Shown here: piece by piece, positions 41,346-57,735 of the stretch
Layout of the letters: each line of letters starts with the position of its first letter
Numbering within the stretch: the first letter of the stretch is position 1
From: Eledone cirrhosa
Lineage: Eukaryota
Direction: 5' to 3'
DNA: 64,000 nucleotides
Assembly: GCA_964016885.1 (NCBI GenBank)
Contig: OZ024742.1
Span: forward strand, 330,708,001-330,772,000
Notes under the pieces: generated by a model
The model's input: only the letters and a program-made list of their open reading frames with translations
The model's database searches: none
What the model was told of the DNA's origin: nothing
Made by a program: the position numbers and the translations under genes

Positions 41346-42793
41346 AATAATAATAATGATAATAATAACAACAACAACAACAGCAACCGCATCAACAACA
41401 AAAGCAACAATAACAATAATAATAGTAATACTATTAATGATAATTGCAGAACAGTGGATTAATTGGATCAGCATGAATTATCTGCATAACATTGAAGAGA
41501 GTAATAACAGTTTGAAGAGTATGAAATGATATTAATATAAAATGGAACAAGACTGTGTTGTGTTTCTATAGGTAACAGTCAAAATTGTGACATTAACAGT
41601 ACCGTGTAACAATAGTAAATAATAACAACAACAAAAAAAATAGTAAAGATCAGAAAATATTATGGACCCCTTGATCACAGATCAAGAAATACGACAAAAA
41701 ACATAAACTTAGAAAAAAGTAGGGATGGTACCAAAGGAAATACAAATCAAAGCTAGTCACCTTAGTTTGGGTAAGAAGTCATGATCTAGACAAAATCAGT
41801 GTATATGAGCATTTTTGTCCAAATACTAAACCCAGCGGATTTATATTCTCTAAAATTCTCTCGACTGTTACTAGTGCGTTGGATATTCTTAATCCAACAC
41901 TTATGGCAAATGATACCTAATAGATTCCTTTACTTTCGCTATTACTCAGTATATCGCTGAGTATCATTTCAAGTAATCTAAGGATCTTCTCTGAATTACT
42001 GTAAATTACAATTACCGAGTAGAGATGGCCTTCTCTTTGTTAAGTATTTTCAAGATCTATCTTGAGTTTTGATTGATCTCATCAATTTTGTACGCTACTC
42101 TTTAATGCCTTACTTTCCGAAAGAGTTTCGCGTTTTTATGTGCTTAACATTTTCCCCAAGCGGCGTCGTATTATTACAATACACACTTATCCAACACTGT
42201 GCTGGAGGAGGATGTCTGCTAGATTGTTGGTCAACATCAGCCCCAGAAACTAGTGATATTTAGGATAAGGCGCATTCATTTCGTTACACTTTTTCTTCAT
42301 TAAATATTCGTACTGTTATTTTGAAAAAGGCAGTGGAAACAGGTTCAACAGTTATTGAAGCTGTTGTTCATTAGTACTGACTAAACACATCCATATCAGC
42401 TTTCTCTTATTTTAGCCAGGCACAACGGCCTCAACTGCTCTAATAAACACACGTTCGAAGACACACACAGGTGCACGCGCAAAGATTCACGAGTACATAT
42501 GTATCCTCCTGAATTATTTGCAGGTCAATTTATTGGAAGGAAGAAATGTTGTTAATCATTTATACTTCATAATATAAATCACATATTTCATGTCACTTAA
42601 AATTTGAGGCTTATTCTATCGATTATTAATAGATACCAAAATTCACTTAACAAGGATTCGTTAACCAAGCCTGTGTGAACATATATTTGACTACATTGCT
42701 GTCGAGTGGGATCAAACACGATAGCATAAGGTTGAAAAATTCACTACCGAAAGCACGCTATTCAAGCAATTATGTATGTGCGTATATAAATAT

Positions 42794-43420
<627 letters not shown>

Positions 43421-43466
43421 TATATACATATATAACATATATATATATATATATATATATAACATA

Positions 43467-44230
43467 TACGATATTAAATAAATGGAAACTATATTTATAA
43501 AACCATATTTATTTCATTATATATATTTCAGGGATATCATATTAACAATATGTTATGCCTTCTTCAGACAAAATACAATATAGACAGTTTTATAGATAAA
43601 TAGATTTGACATACCGTTCAACATCGACTTGTATTTGAAAAAGTTGATTTGGCAGTGAAAAATTGTAAACAGAAAGAAAGAAAGAAAGAAAGAAGGAAAG
43701 AAAGAGAGAAAACGAAGAAAAAGAAGAAAAAGAAGAAATGCATGCAACAAAATAGAGAGATGGAAAGATAGATAAAGAGAAGAACTTCATGTAAAGAAAC
43801 AGAGAGAGATATATAGAGAGAGGAAATAGATAGAGATAGATATATATAGATATATATATTTTGTTGCATGCATTTCTTCTTTTTCTTCTTTTTCTTCGTT
43901 TTCTCTCTTTCTTTCCTTCTTTATTTTTTTCTTTCTTTCTGTTTACAATTTTTCACTGCCAAATCAACTTTTTCAAATACAAGTCGATGTTGAACGGTAT
44001 GTCAAATCTATTTATCTATAAAACTGTCTATATTGTATTTTGTCTGAAGAAGGCATAACATATTGTTAATATGATATCCCTGAAATATATATAATGAAAT
44101 AAATATGGTTTTATAAATATAGTTTCCATTTATTTAATATCGTAAATATACTCCAAATACTTGTTGAGTGCTTTTATATCAGTTATAAATATTTACTAGT
44201 TGTAACCCAACAATTTAAATATAACTTTCC
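43467..44230. mobile_element. Asymmetric palindromic insert: about 288-bp arms 43467-43754 and 43857-44144, 86-nt tail
   Basis: Near-perfect inverted repeat (mirror ORFs in the track). HHR-like CUGAAGA-AGG...CCU-GAAAUAUA at about 44044-44090. TTGAGTGC at 44164. Confidence 0.9.
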
Positions 44231-44410
44231 ATATATAACATATATATATATATATATATATATATAACATATATATATATATATATATACATATATAATA
44301 TATATATATATATATATAACATATATATATATATATATATAACATATATATATATATATATATATATGACATATATATATAACATATATATCTATATATA
44401 TATATATAAC

Positions 44411-44456
<46 letters not shown>

Positions 44457-44459
44457 AAT

Positions 44460-44642
44460 AATTGTTTCTACTTTTGGCACAAGGCCATCAATTACTCAGT
44501 GCATTACTGGTACTTTATTTTATCGACCCCGTAAGGATGAAAGGCAAAGTTACCCTCGACGGGATTTGAACTCAGACCCTAAAGGGACGTAACTATGCTG
44601 GAAAGCATGGCATCCGACTCTCTACTGATACTGCCAATCCAC
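44460..44642 (-). mobile_element. tRNA-derived SINE (family S1)
   Basis: Reverse complement of 51651-51835. Confidence 0.9.
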
Positions 44643-44645
44643 AAA

Positions 44646-45333
44646 TGAAATAATATTTCGCTTCAAGCATAGCTTTATATAATATGTATAGAAATTTCTT
44701 ATTTCTAAAGAAATACGGATTTAGGAAGCCGTAGCGATACAATCACCGGGGCTAACGTCCTCTGGTTGTGTCCAGCGGAAGAAAGGGGGACAACCGTCTA
44801 TGCATTTCAGGCTTGACTGCCCTTCGTCGGGATGGTCCCTCCCACCTCTTGCTACTTCTGGACTTGAAAACAGTAGAGAATATGTAGTTTTCTCGCCAGT
44901 CAAGTCTGAATTGCATAGACGGTTGTCCCCCTTGCTTCTGCTGGACACCACCAGAGGGTTAGCCCCGGTGTTTGCATAACTACGGCTTCATAAAACCGTA
45001 TTTCTTTAGAAATACGAAATGTCTATACATATTGTATAAAGATATGCTTGAAGTGAAATCTGTTTCCATTACTATTATAAGTTGAGCCAACTTATGCAGC
45101 TTCATATGCAAATGCGATTAAACACCTCATTTAGAAAACTATATATTCTCGACTGTTTTCCAGCAGTAGCAAGCGGTGGTAGGGACCATCCCGATGAAGG
45201 CCTGTCATGCATGAATTTTATAGACGGTTGTCCCCCTCGCTTCTGCTGGACACCACCAGATGGTGTTAACCCCGGTGTTTGCATCGCTACGGCTTCATAA
45301 AAGCGTATTTCTTTAGAAATACGACATTTCTAT
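44646..45333. mobile_element. Family B, second locus: minus arm 44646-44897, plus arm 44898-45333 (about 1.4 units, period about 305)
   Basis: Clear similarity to 11053-11541. HHR at 44793-44836 (minus, core CCGACGA) and a degenerate HHR at 45185-45228. Confidence 0.85.
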
Positions 45334-45347
45334 AAACACACACACAC

Positions 45348-45377
<30 letters not shown>

Positions 45378-45378
<1 letters not shown>

Positions 45379-45679
45379 TATCACATAAGAGACGGAGAAT
45401 CAGTGTTGCGACGAATAAATTTGTTTAGACATGGAAACTCTGCTTCGTAGAATCGAGACGTATCTGAGGACCTTGCGATTTCAGAGTCAGATTCGATCAT
45501 TATATCGACCGTGCCTCGAGCTGTTCGCCAGAGTAACGATTGTAATATGTCTAATAAATGTTATTCGTCGCAACACTGATTGTTCGTCTCTTATGTAATA
45601 TCATAGTCTGCTCTATAAGAGCATCGAGTACTCAAACGGCCTACCGCTTACGGGCACTTTAAGCATCCAACACCAATTA
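45378..45679. mobile_element. Asymmetric palindromic insert: about 55-bp arms 45378-45432 and 45547-45601, 78-nt tail
   Basis: ACATAAGAGACG..ATCAGTGTTGCGACGAATAA is inverted at 45555-45597. TCGAGTAC at 45624. Flanked by (AT)n. Confidence 0.75.
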
Positions 45680-46047
45680 TATATATATATAATATCTCAT
45701 ATGAAATGATACAACCAATTTTCCATAAAATACATTAAGTTAGCAACCCGAACGTTTAATTGTGAATATACTTAGGCATTTCCTAATGTTTGTTGAGTGA
45801 GTTGGAATTTGGCCGCAGTATCGCTATTAGCTCTCTCCGATTATGTATTTATATGTATATATAATTATAAGAAATACATGGTGAACTGGCCTATACCATT
45901 TTCGTACTCGGAGATTCCCGAAGCAAATTGATTTTGCCTGTTATTCACCCGTATTCAGAAAGTCAACGTCGACTATATTTCAGTTAAATCACATCTTAAA
46001 AAACTACTCTCATTAAAAAATGTACAGACAACACAAACACACGCACC

Positions 46048-46115
<68 letters not shown>

Positions 46116-46119
46116 CACA

Positions 46120-46172
<53 letters not shown>

Positions 46173-46657
46173 ACACGTAGCCACACATGCATATGAACTG
46201 ACACGTGCATGCATATGTCTCGTATAATCGGTACAGGAGTTGCAGAACATTCTGATATATATTTTTTAAAGTATGGTATATTTCATTTTCCAGATATCGA
46301 AAATGTTATATTGGTTTCCCAGTGAACTTGGATCATGTTATTTGTCGTGACGGGGGGGGTCTAGAAGTTTGGTGACAAACCAGAAGAGATATATCTGGTT
46401 CTATGCGGAAATGGCTTATATATCTCGTTCCAGGAGTTGAAGCATGAGATGGATCTAATGATTTTTTCCATACAAGCCATCACTCGGTGCTGTAGTGTCC
46501 GCACCTCTTAGATCCATTAGTGTAGTGTTTACATATGTCTACTATCCCCCAGCAGATGGTGTAATCAAATGATGAAAACTATTCTACAATTCACCTAGAA
46601 ACGTTATGTAATGACACACACATTATATATGTATGTATATGTGTATGTGTGCATATG

Positions 46658-46726
<69 letters not shown>

Positions 46727-46733
46727 ATGTGTA

Positions 46734-46816
<83 letters not shown>

Positions 46817-47025
46817 CGTCTGCAGGGCTGCTGCTGATGTTTGTAATCATTTCATGATCTAAAGCAAACGAATACAAGAAACATTTCTAATCCTGTGTAA
46901 GGCAGACCCATATGAAATAAATTTATAACTTCTATACTATAAATTCTAATATATTATTTAGGCGTGGCAATGTTTTTATGTATGCACACACAAACACACA
47001 CACAGACAAACAGACAGAAATACAT

Positions 47026-47093
<68 letters not shown>

Positions 47094-50000
47094 ATCCATT
47101 GCCACGCCTAGATAATATATTCGAAATTGTGGTAGAGAAGTTATAAATATATCTTATATGCGATATTAAACGAAATACAGAGAAAAACCTCACAGCTTTG
47201 TGAATATATATCTTAGTTCAACGTTTGAAAAGGTAGAAAGAATTTCTGTTCGTTTTGGACATTAATCCTTCACCAGAGAGTGAATAAGTGATAAATGAAA
47301 ATATCCTGAGATAACCAAGAATAGGGAGGAGAACAACTTAAAAGGTCTGTGTGAGAAATGCCTGTGCGTACTAAGTTAGACTGGGTGGGTGTAAAACATA
47401 TTATGTATTCCTATTCCAAAAGTGTTGTTATCAGGACAAATTTTAGATGTATACTATATATTATTAAACTAATTATTTGGTATATATTTTTCTTTCTATA
47501 TATATTTATCTTTTACAATAACAATCAGTTTAACTTAAGGCTACTTCCGTACCAGTTTATACCGCTTGTGATATACGTGGGTAATGTAACTTTATCAGTA
47601 CAGTCTATGAAACTACTGCTTCAATTCAATGCAACTAAAGTCATAATTATTTGGTTTAATGGTGAGGGTTTATTATTTCCATTCAACTAGTTTTGCCCGT
47701 GAGTAAGATACATGTTTACGTTTGCCCTGGATAAAAATGAATTTAGCTCGTCTCAGACTGGCAAGCTAAATGTATGATGGTTGTGTGGGTAGAATATTAC
47801 TCACACTTTAGTTTCACCTGATAGCCGTACCGTAGATCATACAACTAGAACACGCGTCGTCTAAACCGATTGCCTTATAAAACCAACAACATTTACACAC
47901 TCAGACAAACACACACTCACACATACATGTACGTATATATATATATACGCATTTGTGTGTCAGCACTCTAATTTAACGTTTCCAATCTCCTTGTTAAAAG
48001 TCATATACAACATCATATAACCTTCTCACCCTGAAATCTGATGTCTTATATTTCAATCACACGCAATCAGCTTTGTAATTTCTGAAATTGAAAGAAACAT
48101 TATCTCCGTGCTTAATGATAGTATTTCGTCCCACATAGGGACATAAAATACTACTTGATATCTCTCTATTATGTCAGTATTTCAACTAATAAAATACGAA
48201 AATAAAATGCTACAATATATCTCTATTATATTTTTATTTCAACTGATATCACGTAGGTGGGGAATTGTGCTTCACTAAAGATTTATTGTAAGGGATGTTC
48301 ATTTAATGTTTATTAAATGTCAACGTTGTTTAGATTTATATTATGCACTATTGTACAGATTATATGTATGTCCTTAGCTGGAAAGGATTATTTGATACGT
48401 AAGTAGTATGATTATACTAAGAGAAGCATCAATAAAAATAGTGGTATATAATTGTATCTTCAGGTATGTATTAACTCGATATATTAGAGAATTTGATATT
48501 TCATGGATATAACTATTAAAACTTTCTCTCACAATCGATAATGCATAGTTTCCTGTACCATGTCTAGTCTTCAGCCAGAGATACCCGACGAACTGCCTTT
48601 CTTTGATCCATTCATACAAGGCTTTTGTTGTTTTTCGATCCCGAATGGATGAGTGGCAAAGTAGACTTTGGTGAATTCAGTGAAACACAGTGATCTCGAA
48701 ATAACCAACATCGTTACAACCTTACGTAACACCCTTCAAATATTAACCGAATGATTAAACACTAGATACTAACAAAGTATAAGCTTCTACTTCGTAACAG
48801 ATGAGTGGCAGAGACGTTCCATTAAATGCATTTTGTGTAACCTAGATTTGTTTATATTGGTGCGGGTTTCTATATGGCAGTTGTTTTATCATGAAAACAA
48901 AACACCTTAACCTGCTTCATATATTTTATTCCCAATTTGAAGACAATTCCATATCGAAATAGAAAACTCCGAAATATTAGGTCCTGCTTCTGTTGGAATA
49001 CTTAAAGTGCGTTCAAATGACATGTGAATTATACAGATCAACTGCAAAAATTCTGTTCTTGAAAGAACGTATCAGTAATATCAAAGTAACTGATTCAATT
49101 ATTTTTTTCTCTTTTTTTTAATTTTTTTATAAATGTTTGGTATGTAGAAAATAGTTGTACCTATGAGCCTATGACATTCGAAGATTTTCCGACTTGTGAG
49201 ATTGGTATCGATAATATTCTGTTTGAAACAATCGCCACTAAACGAAGAACTAATGTGACACAATTCGACATTTAGGTTTGGTGTTCTAGGGGGGGGAGGA
49301 CACAAAAGTGCTTAATTTAGTGATATACGTTGGTTAGTTTCGATATGGGTGACGCGGGGAGAGATGTATTGGTCTAGTGAGCCTAAATGAAGGTGGGATA
49401 AGTCCAGATAGCTCCGAAGCAAAGTGCTCGCTGCACTATCAGTAATGTTTGCAGAAGGAGTAGACTACGCGCATATCCAGAATGGAGAAGGGGGGTTATG
49501 TGACGCCAAGTCAATCAATCAGTCGGTCCTTTGAAGAGAAGACGTTAATATTATAGATATATCTTAACGTAGGCAAAATAGATGTTAAATATACTCTATT
49601 CGTTTACAGAATTATCTAATCATAATTCAATGCATTTTAAGCAACAGACGTTTTATGTCGATAACGGTAAATATACAACCAAACTCATCGTCTCTGTCGG
49701 ATGATGTTCATCAATAGAAAGATTGATTACTCCAGGCATCAGGCATAGAAGAAACAATAACATCTATTATATTTTCTCCATGTCGACAAAAATAATTGGC
49801 CTTCTGTCTCCTCTAGATCAATCATTATAATTAATGTCAAGCTTACAAGTTCCCTTGTAGGGAAAAATGTAATCATCCTTTACACACGTTCCTTTCACAA
49901 TTAATTTTTCACAACACTTACACAATCATATTTCACAGCACATGTTTATAATTACATACATAGTGATACATGCACTCTCTCACACACACACGTGTGTTTG

Positions 50001-50240
50001 TGATTGTATGTGTTCTGTGTCTTTATTTGTGTATGTGTACGAGTGTAAATATGTATGTAACTATGTATAGTATACGTGTTATTTAAGAGACGAAAAGTTC
50101 GTGGTAAACAGCAATCCAAAGGTCTGAATAAGTGCTGTAGCATGAAACTAAGACTTTGAGTACCTCCTGTGTTATTCACGATTACATCTTATATATACTT
50201 ATGTTGCTCAAGTTGCTGGGCCAATAATAACATAAAGATA

Positions 50241-50276
<36 letters not shown>

Positions 50277-50316
50277 CCCTATATGTATTTTTTACATGTA
50301 ATAATTCAGACCTTAT

Positions 50317-50353
<37 letters not shown>

Positions 50354-50372
50354 GGGGAGAGAGAGAGAGAGA

Positions 50373-50893
50373 ATGGTTGCAAACTCTGCTAAGTGTATTG
50401 CAATCTCTTTTGTTAGATTATAGAGTTTGGTGCACTTTTAGGCTTCCGCTAAGCCACACAAACTGGCAACATATCCTGAACAAACAATGCCTGGCTTTGA
50501 AGGTGTTTTTCAAAGGGAAAAGTCCTTGCAATCGACCACTCTCACTCTCTGAGCATCGAAAACACTACCCGAAAAGGGAAATTGGTCAACAACATCGGAT
50601 GCTTCCGAAGCCGTACGTTTTTCTTCAGAGTTTCCCTCTCCTAGAAAGATGTTGTGACAACTGGGGCGTTTCACTCCCGGGTGAAAAACAAATGTACTAT
50701 TTAGATGGCCGTTGATTCTGGTTAGTTCCTCACCCCTTCGTCGGTTCTTGTATTTCATCCTACAGGGTGTCCAGATATCAACCTCCTCAAAAAAAAAGCG
50801 TAGTAGAGTCGCCGGTTTAGTCACCGACGACCCGATCATGAGACAGGTTATACTGGGTTACATGTTACCAGTAGCATTCGAGACCAACCTGAC
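50373..50893 (-). mobile_element. Dispersed repeat of about 520 bp, copy 2
   Basis: See 42905-43420. Confidence 0.8.
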
Positions 50894-50895
50894 AC

Positions 50896-50977
<82 letters not shown>

Positions 50978-51068
50978 GAGATAGATAGATATCCCTACGT
51001 ATGTGTATGTGGACATATGATGATGCCTAAAGCTTACTTTCGTTTCAGATATCATTATAATTCAAAAT

Positions 51069-51158
51069 GTGCCTTTCATCCTTACGGGGTCGATAACATA
51101 AAGTACCAGCAATGCACTGGGGTAATTGCTGGCCTTGTGTCAAAAGTAGAAACAATTA
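51069..51158 (+). mobile_element. S1 SINE 3' half
   Basis: GCCTTTCATCCTTACGGGGTCGATAA...AGAAACAATTAT. Confidence 0.85.
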
Positions 51159-51288
51159 TATTTCATCATGTTTGTTGTGCTCAATTGTACCATGTGTTAG
51201 ACTTTATTTTATCTACATAATATGTGTGTAGATGTGTATATCTGTGAATGTGTGTGTGCGGATTTGTGTTTGATGTAATGTCTGTATA

Positions 51289-51473
51289 GATTGGCAGTAT
51301 CGGTAGAGAGTTGGACACCATGCTTTGCAGCATAGAGTTACAGTCCTTTATCGTCTGAGTTCAAATCCCACCGAGGTAAACTTTGCCTTTCATCCTTACG
51401 GGGTCGATAAAATAAAGTACCAGTAACGCACTGGGTAATTGCTGGCCTTGTGCCAAAAGTAGAAACAATTATT
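51289..51473 (+). mobile_element. tRNA-derived SINE (family S1)
   Basis: A and B boxes plus the same core and tail. Confidence 0.9.
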
Positions 51474-51650
51474 ACCGTCTGTCATAACATCACGCCTATT
51501 GCTACTTTATACCTTACATATGTTGATTTTACAATCCAAATGTCCAAGATCGATAACATGACATAGTCAAATGAATTGTTACACATCGTTTCTTTATGGT
51601 TAGGTTAAACAACATGGACCAATACAAGAAAACATTATTTGTTTGATAGG

Positions 51651-51835
51651 GCGGTGGATTGGCAGTATCGGTAGAGCGTCGGACGCCATGCTTTGACGTA
51701 TAGAGTTACGGCCTTTGCCATTCTGAGTTCAAATCCCGCCAAGTTCAACTTTGCCTTTCATCCTTACGGGGTCGATAAAATAAAGTACCAGTAACGCACT
51801 GGGTAATTGCTGGCCTTGTGCCTAACGTAGAAACA
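51651..51835 (+). mobile_element. tRNA-derived SINE (family S1) with 17-bp TSD
   Basis: TSD ATTATTTGTTTGATAGG at 51634-51650 and 51836-51852. Confidence 0.92.
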
Positions 51836-54311
51836 ATTATTTGTTTGATAGGAAGTTTTCCTTTCTAAAATTATATTATAATATATAAACTTAGGAGTGA
51901 GGAAGAACAGCGTGGCCTGTTATCCTCCGAAATAAGTGTAAGAACGACTCAGTTGTTGTTTTTTAGTAATAAATAGAAACGTGAGGGTCGTTAGAACATC
52001 AGATACAACATTTTTAAGTATTTGTCCTAGCTGGCTGTGCTCTGGGTTTCAATCTTGCTGAATAACATGCTACTCTAGTATTGGAAGCATTTAGTTGTGT
52101 TCACACCTGTAAACTGATGGGCTCCGCCGCTTTTAAATAGCTGACACGCTGTTACAAATTAATTAGTAGTACATTGCCCATGCAAACATGGCTGGTGTAA
52201 GTTCAGTCTCATAATAATCGGGCCAGTATCAATAATATTATAACTTCCCCCATGCAACACACTGAAATCTCTATTGGAATGCCAATTAATATTTATGCAA
52301 TATGATTCTACGAGGAAGTGAAAGGAGGCGGGGCCATAATGATGAGCTGTGTAGAGCCTGATGGAGTGGGAAAATTGATGTGGTTGATATTCAATTTTAA
52401 AATCAATAGCCTGATGCTTGCATTAAAGACATGAGATTTAGAAGAGGAGATGTGTAGACAGAGAGAGGACATTATATGCGAAACATTTCGGGTGGTATCT
52501 GGGAGGTGATTAGTTCTACGGTGATAGACGCTGAGACATGATTTTGGGAATGTGTTTAGGTAGACCAGAGAAACAGACAATATCATGGTAGAGGTAGAAA
52601 GGCAGAGGAGAAAGTGAAGTACGACAGGAGAATATAGAAGGGGGAAATGAAGGAGGGAGGAAGTTAGATATAGAAAGACGTGAATGTAGAGGGAGAGATA
52701 TATAGAGAGAGATGTATAGATTGGGAGGACGGGGATGAGATAGGAGGGGAGGGAAGAAGGAATGAAAAGAAACACAGATAGAAATAACATTATATTAAAC
52801 AGTTGTAATGAATTGAAATAGCAGTTATTTGTAAGTTATTCTATGTAGTTTGCGGTAGTGATGCTTAAATATTTTTATAAGATGAGCAACACCAGTCATG
52901 ATAAAAAAACCATGGATCACTAAATATGAAGTGACTTTTTATAGTTTTTCCTCACATTGCGATAATACTGTAATTAAAATTTACAACATTAAACTGATGA
53001 AGGGAAAATAACTGAAATTGGCCATCGACATATAAGTTGAGGACTAATGTATTGAATGTTGTATGCGAGAATATTCTTAATTAAAGAAATTTTAAATTAA
53101 AAAAAAAATCAATTATTAACATTTCTGAAAAGAAGTAAAAATAATTACAAGAAACTCAAAATTAATTTTATCAAAATCATCTTTATGATTAAAGGAAATG
53201 TAATAATTGTCAACAGATATAGTGAGAGTTAGAGACATATTTCCTCATCTTTGAAACTTTACAGGGAAGCAAACTTGGGTCATCTTGATCAGTTAAGAAA
53301 ATATATTTTTTTAAATTTCACTTTTCACTTATCCATTAACCTGCTGGGGTGATGGTGGAGCTGTAACGTGGAGAAGTATAACACCCTCATTCATCCATCC
53401 TTGCCGCGAGGAGTTTTGTTTGTCACGAAATATTTATCAGTACATTCTATATATTTCGCCTATTTTTCTGTTCATCTCCCTACATTCGTGTCCACTTAAA
53501 TGTTCCTTGGAGAATGGTCTTGGAAAATCCATCGGATGTTGTCAAGTGTCCGTGCTATCTGATCATATTTTCGTTAATGTACTTGGCAGGATTTCGTATT
53601 TGTTCACTTCGCCTCTGATTGATTTTTACAAAATGTTTTTACAAACATATAAAAACAAATCCACTAAATTGCTTAATTAAACAACAAAAGAAAAAAAAGA
53701 ATATGAGACAAGGGAATCGTTGAAGTAGACCGTAGGGAGGTGTTTAGTTAAATAAGTTAATTTGTATACTCGAAAAGTTAATGAATTGTATACACAAACA
53801 TTTCCTAAAATAACAGAAATTTGCTTCTATATATTGAACGTGAACAGCAATCATCATTATATATTTAATACGTTTAAACTGATCTCTTACTCACTTGTTT
53901 ATGCGTATTTATCTCGCCCCTACTCTCTCTCTCTCTCTCTGCTCTTTCTCTCTCTTTGCACACATACGGATACGTACAGATATATCCACGAACACACAAA
54001 CCCATGGGATTACATAAGTATATATATATATACTCAGATTGGTGAAATTCACCTTTTCATTAGTCACGAATCTCGGTAGGGAAATTGTTACATCCAAAGC
54101 TCGTCAGTCAGACAACCTTGTTATGGATGTCCGACTAACGAACTACGGGAATAGAAATTCCTCCAGCGAAAAGCGAATAATCTACAGATGAAAATGTTTT
54201 GATTGTAACTGAATTTTTCATAATACAACTAGTCCCTCGAACTGAGTACTCTACCAAATTTGGAGGTAATTGATTTTAACGAAATTCTCAATCTATCTAT
54301 TTCTCTCTCTA

Positions 54312-54423
<112 letters not shown>

Positions 54424-54540
54424 TGTATGTATATATATATATATATATGATGATCTAGACTAGACCAATTGAATACTCAGGTGACCGTGTTAAGAATAAT
54501 TAGAGTTATGAAATATATATAGGAAAATTAAAACATCATT

Positions 54541-56190
<1,650 letters not shown>

Positions 56191-56212
56191 CAAATTGAAA
56201 CGAACAAAAATG

Positions 56213-56284
<72 letters not shown>

Positions 56285-57338
56285 CATATATATATACACA
56301 CATACATATATATACACATACATACATATACACATACACACTTATATACATGCATACACACACACCCCTGTATATACATATATATATTTGTTTGTGAGTG
56401 TGTGTGTGTGTGTGTGTAATTATGCAGTAAGTATCACAATGTGTTTAAATATTACTCTATGTTAAATTGCACTATTTGTTAAACGGAAAAAATAAGAAAA
56501 TAAGGGTAGCATGTGACGATTTAAAGAGAAGGTGAATACGTGAAAAGCTAGGAATAGAAAATACATGACATTTTCAACAGAAGAAAAACGATTACAATTG
56601 AAATTATTATAGAAGATATATTGGGTTGTCAAGTATATAATTTGTAGAAATTTCATATTAGTTTGTGAAATCTCTACAAATTTGATAAATGACGACCTAA
56701 TAGAAGGTAATAAACAGAATAGGTCTATACGTACTGAGCGTCAAATGTTTAAACGTTGTAAAATGAAGCGAACAGACTCAGTCTGAACCCAGATTTGAAA
56801 TTTATTCTGAGAATGTGAATCGAATTGTATGAAAGAGCAAAAATAAAATTGTAAATACAGTGTGGACCATAATTCAATTACTCAATTCCATAGAAACTTA
56901 TTAATGGCATAATTGCAAACCTGAGCATTTTGATAATGTCCACTGATGCTACAAATCCTATAAGAGGTATATGAGTGCTGTTGTCATATTTAAAACCTGG
57001 CAACCCCATCCTCCTCCAGGTTAGAGCACAAGGTCGATAGATATAAAACTAGTCTAGATATTACGGCCGATTGTCAATATCTACTGTCGTCGAAATGATG
57101 AAAACCAATATTGGGCCTGGCCGAATTTTTAATTAGAAAGCAACGTTGACGCCTCTTTTAAACATTTGAGGTAACTAACTATATAAACTTATATAAATAG
57201 CCTATAGAATAACTTCCTATATCCCTATCGTTTATTCTTTCTTCCCACATTTTCACAGAAAGGCACCAAATAAATTATGATACAACATGCTTATGCATAC
57301 AAACACACATACTTACACACAGACACACACATACACAC

Positions 57339-57388
<50 letters not shown>

Positions 57389-57637
57389 AGATGATTATAG
57401 TATAGACACCCTATATATCTCTATGGGTACTTAGTACCCAGAGAGATATTTACCTCATTTTATATATTTATTTATATGTGTGTGTGTGTATGTGTGTTCG
57501 TGCACAAATAAATAGACGGCTAGGTACGAAAACTGTAGAGACGAGTGGGCGATGGTTGGGTAGAGAAATATAGTGATTGGCAGGTACTCAAGCCATATAG
57601 GTATGTGTGTGTATGTGTTTAAACATACTTACATACG

Positions 57638-57735
<98 letters not shown>

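Noticed and set aside
47236-47280. Further hammerhead-like remnants (47236-47280 minus, 50118-50157, 17708-17746, 52990-53030, 7145-7180 minus)
   Set aside because: Several core or stem defects in each. Probably decayed pLTR HHRs, not supportable individually.
51651-51740. tRNA-like sequence with A and B boxes (also 23857, 61368)
   Set aside because: No full cloverleaf. It continues into a SINE body and tail with TSDs.
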